The notes below the pieces were generated by a model, which made no database searches, had not been told where the DNA came from, and was given only the letters and a program-made list of their open reading frames with translations. The position numbers and the translations under genes were made by a program. 64,000 nucleotides of DNA from Hyphochytrium catenoides (lineage: Eukaryota; Protista; Hyphochytriomycota), in the NCBI GenBank assembly GCA_900088475.1, contig FLMG01002522.1, positions 62,001-126,000 on the forward strand. Reading direction: 5' to 3'. This document shows positions 37,101 to 48,497 of this stretch, in pieces. Position 1 is the stretch's first letter. Every line of letters begins with the position of its first letter.

Positions 37101-39086
37101 AGAGATGAAGCTAGCTGGACGAGAGAGGAGAGATAGGAACACCTTACCTCTAGAATCCTCATCACTGCCTCCTTTTCTTGGGCATCAATTGCCTCTTCGC
37201 CCTTCATTCCCAACGACACCGCGCCCCATAGCTCCTCCCAGCTAAGGCCGTGCCTTGAGACGAAGGTAAGCGAGAGGACTCTCCCCAGTAGTCCTCCTCT
37301 CTCTTCCTTTCTCCTTCTATCGACGATACTGCTCCAGACTCCCAGAGCCATAGTCACCAGCTGATCCGTGTCTTCTGCTGCACACAGTTCTTTCAACATC
37401 TCAGTCACAGTTTTGCTGGCCAACTTCACCCCTAGTTGGAGGCACTCGAGGAGAAGACGGAGAAAGAGTGGCTGTTCTGTTGCTGTTACGCCTAAGAATA
37501 ACCGCTCGTTCTCTCCTGAGAATTGAAGAGATCCTCCATGTTTCTCTCTGAAGGCCGCAAGAACCTCATTGCGAGTCCGGGCGGTTAGAGGTTCCATCTT
37601 AAGGAACGGACAGCCGCGGCGCTGTGGGAGGAGAGATAGCAAAACCGTAGTGAAAAGGAGGAAAAAAGAGAGAGAGAAAGGTTGGTTGAAGATAAGAAGG
37701 AAATGGAGAAGAAGGAACACGAGGTAAAACAGGAAGACGAGACAGTCAGACATAAGATGGAAAAGCAGCAATAGGGGAAAGTGAGAGAGCATAGCGACGA
37801 GGTTGTAAACAGGAAGGAGGCAAGAGTGATGGAGATAGAGATCACCGGTTTAAAAAAGAAAAGAGAGTTCTGCAAGCAACAAATGTTGCTCCTGGATAGA
37901 CTACCTTGAGCTCAAGATAGGTTCTATGTAGCACTTCTTTCTTCTTCATCTCTCCGCTGCCTGGGGGCGGCTCCTGCACTCGCTCCACCGTGGACAGGAT
38001 GAACCTAACATTCACAGGAAAAACTGTCGGAAGCCACTTTAAACTTCCTTCGGGCGCATCTTCACTCTTAAGTCTGTTGACACCGTCAATGACGAAGATA
38101 AGCCGGTGAGAGGAGTACTTCTTCGCAGCACTTTCTATGAAGCGTGGGAGAGACCAGCGCAGTCTCTCTTCAGAGGCTGGGACCTCCATCTCTCTTAGGT
38201 TGAAAGCATCTTTGACTGACTCCTCTAGACTTCGAAGCATTCGCGTCAACTGTGAGAGAGAGAGACATGTTACCAAGACAGAGATAGTTACGCTATTGGG
38301 CACCAACCCTTGAACGTAGTCAGAGATAGGTTACCTGGAAGCTCTCAGTAGAGCACTCTACATAGTAGGCAAAGAGGAACTCATTCTTCTCCCTGATTTC
38401 TCTCCTCTGGTTGATCCAATTTGCAATGAGAGCGCTCTTGCCAGTGCCTTGATTGAGTAAGACAAAAGAACCATCAGGAAGGAAGTAGAAGTGGGCTATA
38501 CCGGTAAAAAAGAGAGAAATGGCAGCAGGAGAAGAGTCCGGACTAAAGCAGAAAGAGAGGCACCTCACTGGCGAGAGTTGCCCAAGTAAGACCACGAAGA
38601 AAGAACCAAAAAACGAGGCAGCAGAAAGGTGGCATGATGCACCTTTGTCTCCCAATATAACTAGCGGCAGCTTTGCTTCCAGTTCGGAAGTCTCACAATG
38701 ACTGTCCAGAGTCTGGAAGAGCAGATCATTGTTCTGTACATAGACAAAGGACGTGGTCCGACTGCAGAGGACAAACAGTATATGAGGAGACTATACCCTG
38801 AATGACACTGCAAAACCCGCCCCAATCTCTCCATTTCACGACGTTCCACTTCCTGTCTGCACTCTCTCTCTCCTGTTACATTTCTCTCCCTTCTTTGTCC
38901 TTCCTCCATGTCTCCCCTCTCTCCTTTGTCCTACCACCTCGCCCTCTTTCTTCACTAAGATGTCACTGATTGCTCCCTGCCGTTCTTTCTCTAACTTTAG
39001 CTAGGCATCACTTGGAAGTACCTCTCCGCGAATGCAACGTGCGCATCTCCCTCACCATGCGCGGTTTGATGATGGGCAGATGTCAT
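31135..39086 (-). CDS. NACHT-like P-loop NTPase with a C-terminal coiled coil resembling outer-dynein-arm docking subunits (CCDC151/ODAD3-like)
   Basis: Walker A PLVILGDKGTGKSALIANW (split by an intron), Walker B LIFVIDGVNRL, WLPTVFPVNVRFILST, PLFLRL and SRHGLSWEEL. Coiled-coil C-terminus with WEEMWSKINQRTGVSNPDVFLEK and VMDRQYIKDKAK. Both ends approximate. Confidence 0.72.
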
Positions 39087-39866
39087 TTTGTTGGTCCTCG
39101 AGGTTTGGGTCCAAACTGGACTTAACAATGTGAGCTAAGAATACATCGTAAACCCTCCGTGGTCCATAAGCACTGCAGGACCCGCCTCAGGCAAGTCGCC
39201 TTCTCCATGCAGGGTGAGCAAGAGTTTACAGAAGTAGACGAAGAGGAAGGAAGAAGAGGAACAGACCTCTTACAACCTTCCTACGATGATGCTAGCTTGG
39301 AAGAAAACTGGCAAGACTACACCAGGTTAGCGGACAGCCCAGAGAAGCAGGACCGCACCGGCATGGTGAGATGAACGATGCGAAGAGACAGATGGATAAG
39401 GAAAATTGAAGCACGTCAATAGAAGAAGGCAGGTGCACGGGAAAGACACCTGTCTTCGCAAGCGAGGCGAGAAGAGGCACCACCCTGTACCAACCGTGGT
39501 GCTAGTCGCCAACCAAGAGCAGCCAGCCTAGGAGCTGCTGGTGGAGCTGCTGGTGGAGCTGCTGATGGTAAGCTGACAGAAGAAGAAGTGGCGAAGAAGA
39601 GACTTGAACTTGGCTCCGGAGCTGTTTGTTGGAGCTCCGCCGCCGCCCGCCGGCGCTCCGGTCGGCCGGTGCTGTACGTTACACGGGCGGCGCGGCGCCA
39701 CTGTTTGAGTATTAGCTTTTAGAAGCCCACAGTGTTGTACTGTTTTACCGTCCTTGCGCTGTAGACTGTCATTTGTAGTTGTAAGCAGACCGCCACGTCG
39801 TTTGGTTTCTGCACGATGGAGCTCGGGTTCAGAACTATATCATTGATTATTCAGGATCATGACCAT

Positions 39867-39893
39867 GATCAATGATCAATGATCAATGATCAA
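39867..39893. repeat. Heptamer tandem repeat (GATCAAT), about 4 copies
   Basis: Seen directly, just upstream of the coiled-coil gene. Confidence 0.85.
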
Positions 39894-39931
39894 CTTTACA
39901 TGTGGCGAAGCTTGGTAGCTGAGCATCCGGG

Positions 39932-41628
39932 ATGTGGAGTTTCAGAAGCGCCAGAATTGAGAGCTTGTCATTATTTGGCCTTCTACTACCTTCTGAGACG
40001 ATCAGTGCAGTGATCGAGTGGGGGAAAGTGCGGGTGGTCGCGGCACTGGATGGCGAAGGCGGAACAGCGGTAGTTCCGCAATGTGTACAGACGTGTCGTT
40101 GTCTTGAGAGAAGGATAGACGGGGGAGGACTTGCTAATGCTTTTGAGACGATGGAGGAGCTTTCCCATGAAGCACCAAACTCTCAATGCCGTCATGAGCT
40201 GCTTCTTCAGGAATGCCTCCATGTCCTAAAGAGGTAATTTTATCGACTGGCCTGACGGATGAGACATTAACTAAGGCTAGTTGGAGCTTGGTTGCTAGGG
40301 AGCGTGCTCTGACAGAGGTGCTAGTGTCCTGCTTCGGTTCCGCAGCAAGCAAAGAGGCACTGGATATAGAACTGCGGCAGCTTTTGTATGGAGGTGTCCA
40401 AAATGCAGACGGGGAACAAGCCACCCAAGGGTGGCGGCTCCAAGGCGACCTCATGGTAGATACAACTTTTGCTCCTTGAACTCAACGGAAGAGTGCGTGC
40501 AAGGCGCCTAAACGAACACACTTCCGTAGAAGAAAGTAGATAAACAGCTTCAGCTCTTGCTTGATTCCATCCATGCCGAAGAATCTGTGAGGACTAGCGC
40601 AGAGGTGAGTTGCCTGTTCCATACTTCTCAAGCTTGTCAATATCTGAAGGCAGCCTGGCCACGTGCGTGTCACCTACTAGACAGGTTATCAAGATGGAGT
40701 CACAAATGCAGCTGCTTCAACAACAAGTTGCAGAGCAGAATCTTCTTCTGGAAGCTGAAAGGTGTAGAAGAAGAGCTCTTGAGAAAGAAAAAGAGACGCT
40801 GCAAAAGAGACTCGATGAATACCTCTTCATTTCTTCCATGGGGAATCCCGCAAAAGGTTGCGTTGCCGTACCTGGGGCCGGAACTTCAACGTTGGGCTTC
40901 GGACAGCCATCGGCCGTACCTAGGACCACGACAGTGATGTCTTCCGAACAGTCGGAACCGATAGACGACAGGTCACGCTCTCGCTCTCCAACATTGCCTG
41001 CAGCCCTAATGGCGCTCGCGAAAAGGATCGACATAGAGAGGAACAGGGCTAAGGACGCCGAGGCTGCGCTAAAAGTTCAGAATGAGAGGTAGGGCTATCT
41101 TCTATGCATATATTCTGCTACGGTGACTAGAATGTGCCCCTGAATCAGAATGCGGCTTTTAGAGGAAAACCTGAGAGGCCAAGGGGTCTCCATCCTTGGA
41201 ACCCAAAGGGTAGGTTACATTTTGTTTTCAAAGCATGCTGCACTGCCTGCTGAGGTCCAAATCAATTTCTATGGTAGGAGCTAACGAGGGTAGAAAAGTT
41301 AGATGGGGCTAGAAAGTCCCAAGACTGCAACGAAGTGGGGTCTGGGCCGTCTTGTCCTTTGGATAGCGATAAAGTGGTAAAGGCCAGCGGCCGCTGGAAC
41401 GATCAGGGCCTCCCTGTCAGAGGCATAAGACGGACAATATCCAGGCAGAGGCACAGACCCGTGGCGGCTCACACAGAAAATCTAGAATGGAGGAGACACG
41501 GTGTCCAAGACAACACTACTAGCCTTTTAAGCTCTCCCAGTACTAGACATGGGCATCTATTTAACCACGAAGCAGCGGTAGAGGATGGAAAGCACTCTGA
41601 TCAGCAACATGTTATTTATTACGGCTAA
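39932..41628 (+). CDS. Uncharacterised coiled-coil protein, 6 exons
   Basis: Track ORFs 39932, 40213, 40557, 40610 and 41335 can be joined in frame by five GT-AG introns, with one extra short exon near 41149-41209. Heptad-rich MESQMQLLQQQVAEQNLLLEAERCRRRALEKEKETLQKRL. Start could instead be ATG 40151. Confidence 0.6.
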
Positions 41629-41694
41629 ACTAGACGGGCGGAATCCCAGACGGTTCACACATACAGTGTGGGCCCAGCCCAAATACTACGAATA

Positions 41695-43159
41695 TCAAGA
41701 TATAGGAACTAGAGTTTGCTCTAGCACCGCTCTCTCTCCCTTCGAAAGCCTGGCATAGGATGTCGTAGTCTTAGTCAACTATTAGCCAGCACAGGCGGTG
41801 TGACGCAAGATACGAGCTTAACGATGAGGTCTCGGTCTAGATAGAAAGGCAGATATTTATGGGCAAAAAGCGCCTCCTGGTTCAAGGGAGCCACCGGGTC
41901 GGGTAACATACCTGTAGAACTTGCGCACGAGGCCGGGCTCCACACAGAGCATCTTGTGGAACTCCTCAGTCCTGAAGTCTGCTAATTTGCTTGCCTTCTC
42001 TTCCCAAGGATTCCAGACAACAACGTCCGGGATCATGCGCCTGTTGGAACCTGTTGGCTTGACAAGCTGCGCGGACTTAAGGATCTTCACCAATCTGCCT
42101 TTCCCAGTGGCAACGACCAGCTTGACCCAAGGTGAGGGGTTTTATGGAGGAGGAGGAGGAAGGACGTTGCATGGGAATAACACAGCCAAGGTTAGGGTTC
42201 CAGGTCAGTGTCGGGCTATTGTAGGGACCGGCTGCAGCGGTCACATGTGAGAGGAGATACACGTACCGGATCACGCTGTGCGAGGTACATCGTGTCATGC
42301 TCCTTATTTATACGCAGTGTTGGGTCCTTGAACGTCAGCTCTCTACCTGATCCACGCTCAGAGTATTTCGACCCACTTAGTCCTAGCACACGGGCCTCTG
42401 AGATATCTCCTTGCAAAGCTAAGTACGTGTGCAACAGGGTCTGGAACTCGAATGGTCGGTCATCTTTGTTCTCGATGTCAATCGCTGTTACCAGCTCATC
42501 GTCTTTCACTTGTACGTGAAGCTGCACCTTGAAGGCATATGGCCTAAAAATAATAAAAATGAGTGAGGATTGTCGCTAGCCGCAAGCTTTGACCTACCAT
42601 AAGGCCCTCGTAGCCGGTGGTACGTCGGCATCCGTTAGTTCGAGGATTGCTTTAGGGCCCGCGGCGTCAGCGGTCAGTGTAACAGGTTTCCATGGTAAAT
42701 TTCTGGCAAATCCGTGCTGGCCGGGTATAAAGCCAGGGCCAAAATGAGGGAAGACCACGGGAATACCCCCACGGATAGCCTTCTTTTGATCAAAGATTGC
42801 CTTCTCAGACACAAACAGGATGTCAGTTCCGGTCTTGTCTTGGTATGACGTACTGTGGAGATCGAGGATCGTCAACCGTGAGAAGCTTTTCCTATGCGAT
42901 TAGAAAGGCTTAGCTAAAGCGCTTACGTTGTGGCACCGAAGAGGTAGACCTCGGCCGACGATCCATTAGCATGCCTCAAAAGAACTTTCTCCATCCCATT
43001 CTTCCCTTTCACGATCTGACACAAATGTCCATGCGACTCTTTGGAGCCCTCTGCATCAGCCCTTCCTCTGCCAAGCAGCAGACCAGCACCTAGCAGACCG
43101 GCCGCTGGTGCTGTCCAGGCGGCACCGAAGCGGAGGAGTCTTGCACGAGCAAACACCAT
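41695..43159 (-). CDS. Glucose-6-phosphate 1-epimerase (aldose 1-epimerase family) with N-terminal targeting extension
   Basis: SAEVYLFGAT, AIRGGIPVVFPHFG..QHGFARN, FEFQTLLHTY, DVVVWNPWEEKASKLADF, MLCVEPG; last exon LSKGERAVLEQTLVPIS*. Confidence 0.93.
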
Positions 43160-43475
43160 GGCACAGAAGTAAGGGTTGTGTTCTGAAAAAATGTCGCGCT
43201 AGTGGAAGGCACAGACTGACTTATTGCACGCATCGACCGCTCCTCTAGGACAGCAGGTACAAGTGGCTCAAAGTGGGAACAGTAGCGAAACGAGCGCCAT
43301 GCGGCGTCACGGTTCATCCAAAGGGCACGGCAAAGGAAGCAGCTTGAACCAAAAGAGACAGAAGAGGAACTTGGAGATTATTCATCAGACGTGCATCTGA
43401 TTGAAGTATCCGGTTAGCCGCTAACGGCTATGAGGTCGGCTCTTTCAGGTCATCTTCAACTGCTCTCGTGGATCT

Positions 43476-45125
43476 CTATGAACAGGAGGGATAGGGAGGA
43501 TGCAGCAGGGGTGCGATTGCTGCCTTGACTATTCGATGATGACTAAGACAGTGACAGGCGTCGGGCACTCTTTGTATGCGACCGGTAAGAAGACGACAAG
43601 TACATGACATCGCGCTGATACAGGTACCACTGCCATCTCCGTGCTCCATTACTTTATTTGGAGGCTTGCATCTTGGTCTGATCCTAATCTCTGTTTCCAT
43701 AGGTAGGAATTGCTAGAGGCCTTTGAGTGGTACAACTTAAAGAGTAATGTCATTGCTACTTCCTTCGCATTCGTAGCTCCTCGTTCTCTTCCTTGCCAGG
43801 ATGAGGCACCCTGTAGCGCATAATTGCCCATCTATCCCCATAGTACACTCCACTCTCCAGAGCTTTGATAGTGCCGCTTATCATAGTATGTCATGTTTAT
43901 TCACTCCTCCGTTTTGTAGCTTCTTGTCCTTCTCCTTGACACAATGGGACAACGTCTAGAGCATCTGTCTCTCTTTTGTTGTTTCCATATCACAACCTCA
44001 CTGCTTGGATGCAATTTCTTATCCGCTGCAATGATGGACTTCATATCTCACTTTATTTGTAAGGGCTTTGCAAGATGTCAGCATTATTGTTAGTTCTCTT
44101 CAACTGAACTGCTCAGTAGAACGAAAGTTATTAGAAGTATGCCATCATCCATCTCGGGGGCCCGAGGTCGTATTGATGTAACAGACATATGTCGCTACGC
44201 TATTGGGAATCAGGAAGGACAATACGTTCACCGAGCCGAAGCTCTCAAACAAGAGGTGTCAGAAGTAATGTCGTTCATCATATTTCCCATGCTGCGATGC
44301 TGCTGCAAGCATACTGTTTACGCGAATGTGAACACAGCATTCGCTTTCAAGCACACACACTGAAAGGCGTGAAGAAACCGAGACGGGACCATCATATGTC
44401 AATGGTGGAATCAGGGACATGCAGCACCGCCACATGCCCTCATTGAAGGAATTCATCAATTGAATCATCGGTCCTGGATTGGGCATTTTGTTCCTCATCA
44501 ACAGCCAATGTTTGTCCGCACTGACATTCAGACGGTAATTCCAATATATGACAATCATCGGAACTCAGCCACGACCCAAATAGTTAGTAGATAGCAACTT
44601 GCTACCCGTTGCAATGCATCTTATACAGAAGCAGACACCAAAGGTCGCAGGTGGCATGGGAGAGACTCATCTGTTGCGGACGGCTCGTGAATCTGATCGC
44701 CCATACCACCGGGACAAACACATTACTCGCCCTCCTTGGATTTCCGGTATCACCTGGCTTGCTTACGATAAAAGGGAAGTGAAGGATGCAGGATGCCAGG
44801 TTCAGAATGGCTTACTGAGCTTGCTAGCGTAGCCTTGCAGTGGAATGGGACAAAGCTCTCCAAGTTCTTCTCCGTCCTGCTCTGTTCTATGACTGGCTGG
44901 TATCCGGATGGAGCGCCGCTGCAGGCGGAGGTCATTGCGCATTTGCTGGTGGTGCGAGCTCTCAAGAGATTGTCCCGATCAATTGAATGGCCTGCAAGAG
45001 CTTTGGGATGCCTCAACAGCACATGATGGTTCTGAATATATGCATCTATATCCGTCTTATTTGTAATAAGGATAGAAGTCAAGTCGGTTCGAGATAAGTT
45101 TAGTTGGGTTTCAATTCGTAAGATT
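43476..45125 (-). mobile_element. Degraded Mutator-like (MULE/MuDR) transposase relic
   Basis: Stop-riddled minus-strand translation keeps motifs in MULE order: C/H-rich N-terminal piece, L..NPG, PPLTYDG (first catalytic D region), CCVHIRVN (CxxH), TSNN..STE and SWIM-like SCTC..PDACH. No terminal inverted repeats recognised. Confidence 0.4.
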
Positions 45126-45547
45126 CTACGTTTTGAAAATGTTTGTTACAGGTATTCAAGGAGGATGTCTGGAGGTGTTTGAGGAAGAACAGTGGGTGGA
45201 GGCCGACCTGCATTTTTTGATGTCATATGTTTATCATTGGGGGGGGTGGGCGTGGAGGCTGAGGGAGATACAAAGACACTCCCTTCAGAAAGTTCTTCTC
45301 CTCTCCCTTTCTATGGGCTATCAAAAAAGCATAACGGTTCTCGGTTCTGATCCACGCCTCGAGGAAGAAGTAACAACCCTTGGCACGTCCGCCGCACCAC
45401 GTAGATACTGACCGAAAGATATCTGAGAGAGCGCTTTGGCGTGTGCACTTGAGAGTCGAGGAGAGCTTTGTTATGTGCAGACTCCGAAGCGCCTAACTAA
45501 CATCAAGGTTCTCAAGAAGGGATATTCAGCAGTGAAAGGAAAGGCGA

Positions 45548-46955
45548 ATGGAGGACATCTGGCTGAGAAAGTCTTCTTGCAGGAGGAAAACCGACATCTG
45601 GTCCTTTAGGTTGCCGGTGGATGACTGGAGAAAGCGTTCCAGCGCTATCACTCTCAATGAGGGCACGTGGCGATGCAAGGAGCTTCGCTGCAAGCGATGG
45701 TATGAGCGGAAGCTATTCGGTTTACCCAACTCAAGAACTAGAGGAGGGGGAGCAGAGTTGCCGACTTCCGAAGTCGTTCTCCACCGTCTCTACAAAGCCA
45801 GCAAACGCTCACGCCGTGAGGAGCCTGAAAAGCGCCTCTCCACCGAAAACCAGCCAGATGAAGAGCTGTTGCGGCACGTTTGGGGTCATTTTAGGCTGCT
45901 ACCCGTGGACGTCGTTACAGACTGGCTGGCTGGATTCCTCCACTTTAAGGTGAACTAGTTGCTTTGTTTACCTGCAGCGCTCTAGAAACTTAAAATCCAT
46001 TACGCAGGACATTTTGTCTTTGGGCTGCCTGAACTCCTCCTGGAAGCAGCTTGCAGACGATCGCCAACTTTGGATAAGGTGGTTGGATTTTCGGGGCTTC
46101 ACCAATCGGCTTCAAAATGAGAAGGGAAGTAGCGATGGAGCCAAGAGTTGCACGGAGCGAGAAGAAGCCAAATGGGCGAAAAGCACGACATCCATCAAGC
46201 TCTCGTTTCTCCAAATGGAACGGGAAAGACTCAAGCTGCTAAAAGAATGCTTGGGCCCTCTGACAGAACGCCAGGCAACAGACATGAAAGGGTATGTGAG
46301 GGCTGCTGGAACCATTCGGTCGTATGCTGCTGCTGAAGACCTCAAACGAGCTCTCTCAGGAACTTTCACCATGGCAACTCTCGCTTCGCTTCATGCCCTA
46401 CTAGACTTCTTCTTTCAAGGGCACCTTCTTACGAGCCAAAGCGCTGTCATTGATATGATTGATTGCTTGGAGAGATTAAGCTACGAAGACGCGTTGTTCT
46501 GTGCTGTCGGATGGTGGCAGCTAGGTCATCGTACCCAACAGGGAGGAAGGACGCGAGACATCCGCTTTACAAGTCACGTTTCAATTGCTCAGCTGGCGGC
46601 ATACCTGCTCCTGACATTCCACCAGACCTTCCTCGTGAGCGGTGCATCCACCTCGGCCTCTCAGGTAGAAGCCAAGTTCGCCGCACTACGCCCGGTCATG
46701 TCCGATCAGGTGGATGCAGTGTGTACCTGGAACATTTTAGAGGAATCCTTGAAGTCGCCAAAAGCAAGCGCAAGTGTATGGCTGTATGGCTGTACACGCT
46801 CTGGCACCGTTCACTATGGCCCGCAAGGGTCTGGCCGTGAGTCTCAGCATGCGGCTGCGCACCCCGGGCAAACCTTAAATCGAGGAGTGAATATGGACAA
46901 CGACAACAGGTACAGAACCGCCTACTACTTCTCTGGAATGCGCTTGCTGGCCTAG
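45548..46955 (+). CDS. F-box protein with an unrecognised C-terminal domain, 2 exons
   Basis: Intron 45950-46007 joins LLPVDVVTDWLAGFLHFK to DILSLGCLNSSWKQLADDRQLW, an F-box-like signature. The second exon is 313+ codons. Confidence 0.7.
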
Positions 46956-48011
46956 CTCGGCGTCACCGGGGAGGGCGCCATCTATGACCGATGTTGTATA
47001 AGACTTGTTCAAGCGGTCTTTAAGTAGTTCATGTTCACTTCCTTGGTCCCAATCTATCAGTCTTCTAACTACCTCACATCCCTTGTCAAGCCCACCTTTC
47101 ATGCGTCAAGTTCGTACATTAGAGATTGTCGTTGTAATTCCTTGGGGTAGAATAAATAGTGCTTTCTTTAGAAGGTCCTCATAAGAGGTGGCGCTTGACT
47201 ACTTTCCTTTGAGAAGGGCCTCTCTTCCCCCCCATGAACTCTGCAGCGCCATTATCTTCTCATAGACATCGTTAAGAATGAGAAATCTGCCAGATAAAGT
47301 AGAGGGACGAACTCTGAGGAAAGTCCTCCTATTATTATGAAGTAGAAAAATGTCTAGTGGAGTTGTGGGCCGAAGCAGATACTGATAGTAAGGTAAACAT
47401 GCTGAGGAGGAGAAGAGGGAAAAACAGTGAATCTCCATCATCGACTCTTTCTCCCGTAAGCCTGTTGACCCCTCTGTCTTCTCAACACTTCTGTATAAAA
47501 TAAACTAGTTCCTAGCATTCTATTGTATTACTGCAGTGCTGAGGTGGCTGCTCGTTATCATCATCAATCATCATCTACAAGAAGATCTTTATAAAGATCA
47601 TTTACATTCAGGACTGTGATAACCTTAGATAAGTAGGATTCAGAACATATGTCCCAGGTTCAAGAATATGTACGTTTCATCAAGTTTCTATCTGGAATCG
47701 ACCTGACTGAAACAGATATGGTTGGTAAAACTTGGTTCTCTACATCAATACGCACTACTATGAAAACTCAAGGCCAAGCTCAAAACTCACAGCTTCCGAG
47801 CCATCTGCAGACGCAATAAAGCTCCGATGACAGTGCTCTGACGCAAACAACCTCCTCAGGCTCAATTTCTCACTCTTCATTAGCCCTCTTCTTGACAGCT
47901 GTACTCCTAGACAGCCAAGAAGGGATATAAGCTGCCACACGGGGGAGTGACATCTGCTGCCCATAGAACTGCCTGCGTTCAAACTCTGATTTCCACTAGT
48001 GGCGAGACAAG

Positions 48012-48360
48012 ATGAGCGAGGCACCAGGTATTTTGATAACTCAGAAGGCTGATTGACAGTACGATGAGTCTACTAACTGCTATGTAGAGTTTCAGGCAAC
48101 TCGGGAACAGATGAATGCTATGGGGATAAACGTAGCTTTCAGGGACGTCTGTGTGGACCATCTGCTGAAGCTCAACGAATGCAGACGGAAGACTTTGTAC
48201 CTTCCAACTGAATGTGTCGACTTTAGACACGAATATGAAATTTGTCAGTATCACGAGTAAGAATGAGTTTTTGCGTCTACGACGGTTTATTCATGAGCTA
48301 AGCGACCATCACAGGCACAATAGGAGGAAAGAGATCAAAAAGGAAGGCGGGAGCGACTAG
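48012..48360 (+). CDS. NDUFB7: NADH:ubiquinone oxidoreductase subunit B7 (B18), 3 exons
   Basis: Exons 48012-48027, 48088-48256 and 48315-48360 give MSEAPEFQATREQMNAMGINVAFRDVCVDHLLKLNECRRKTLYLPTECVDFRHEYEICQYHEHNRRKEIKKEGGSD*, with twin CX9C motifs. Confidence 0.92.
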
Positions 48361-48497
48361 TGTTAGTCCTTGCTCCGCCATGACACCCGGCAATACGAGC
48401 CGAAAGCATTTATTCTACCCTTAACATCGCTCACGCCACCTGAACTAACAAGAATTAGTGCGGGCGGTATAACTCTAATTGCCAAGTCTTTTATTAG

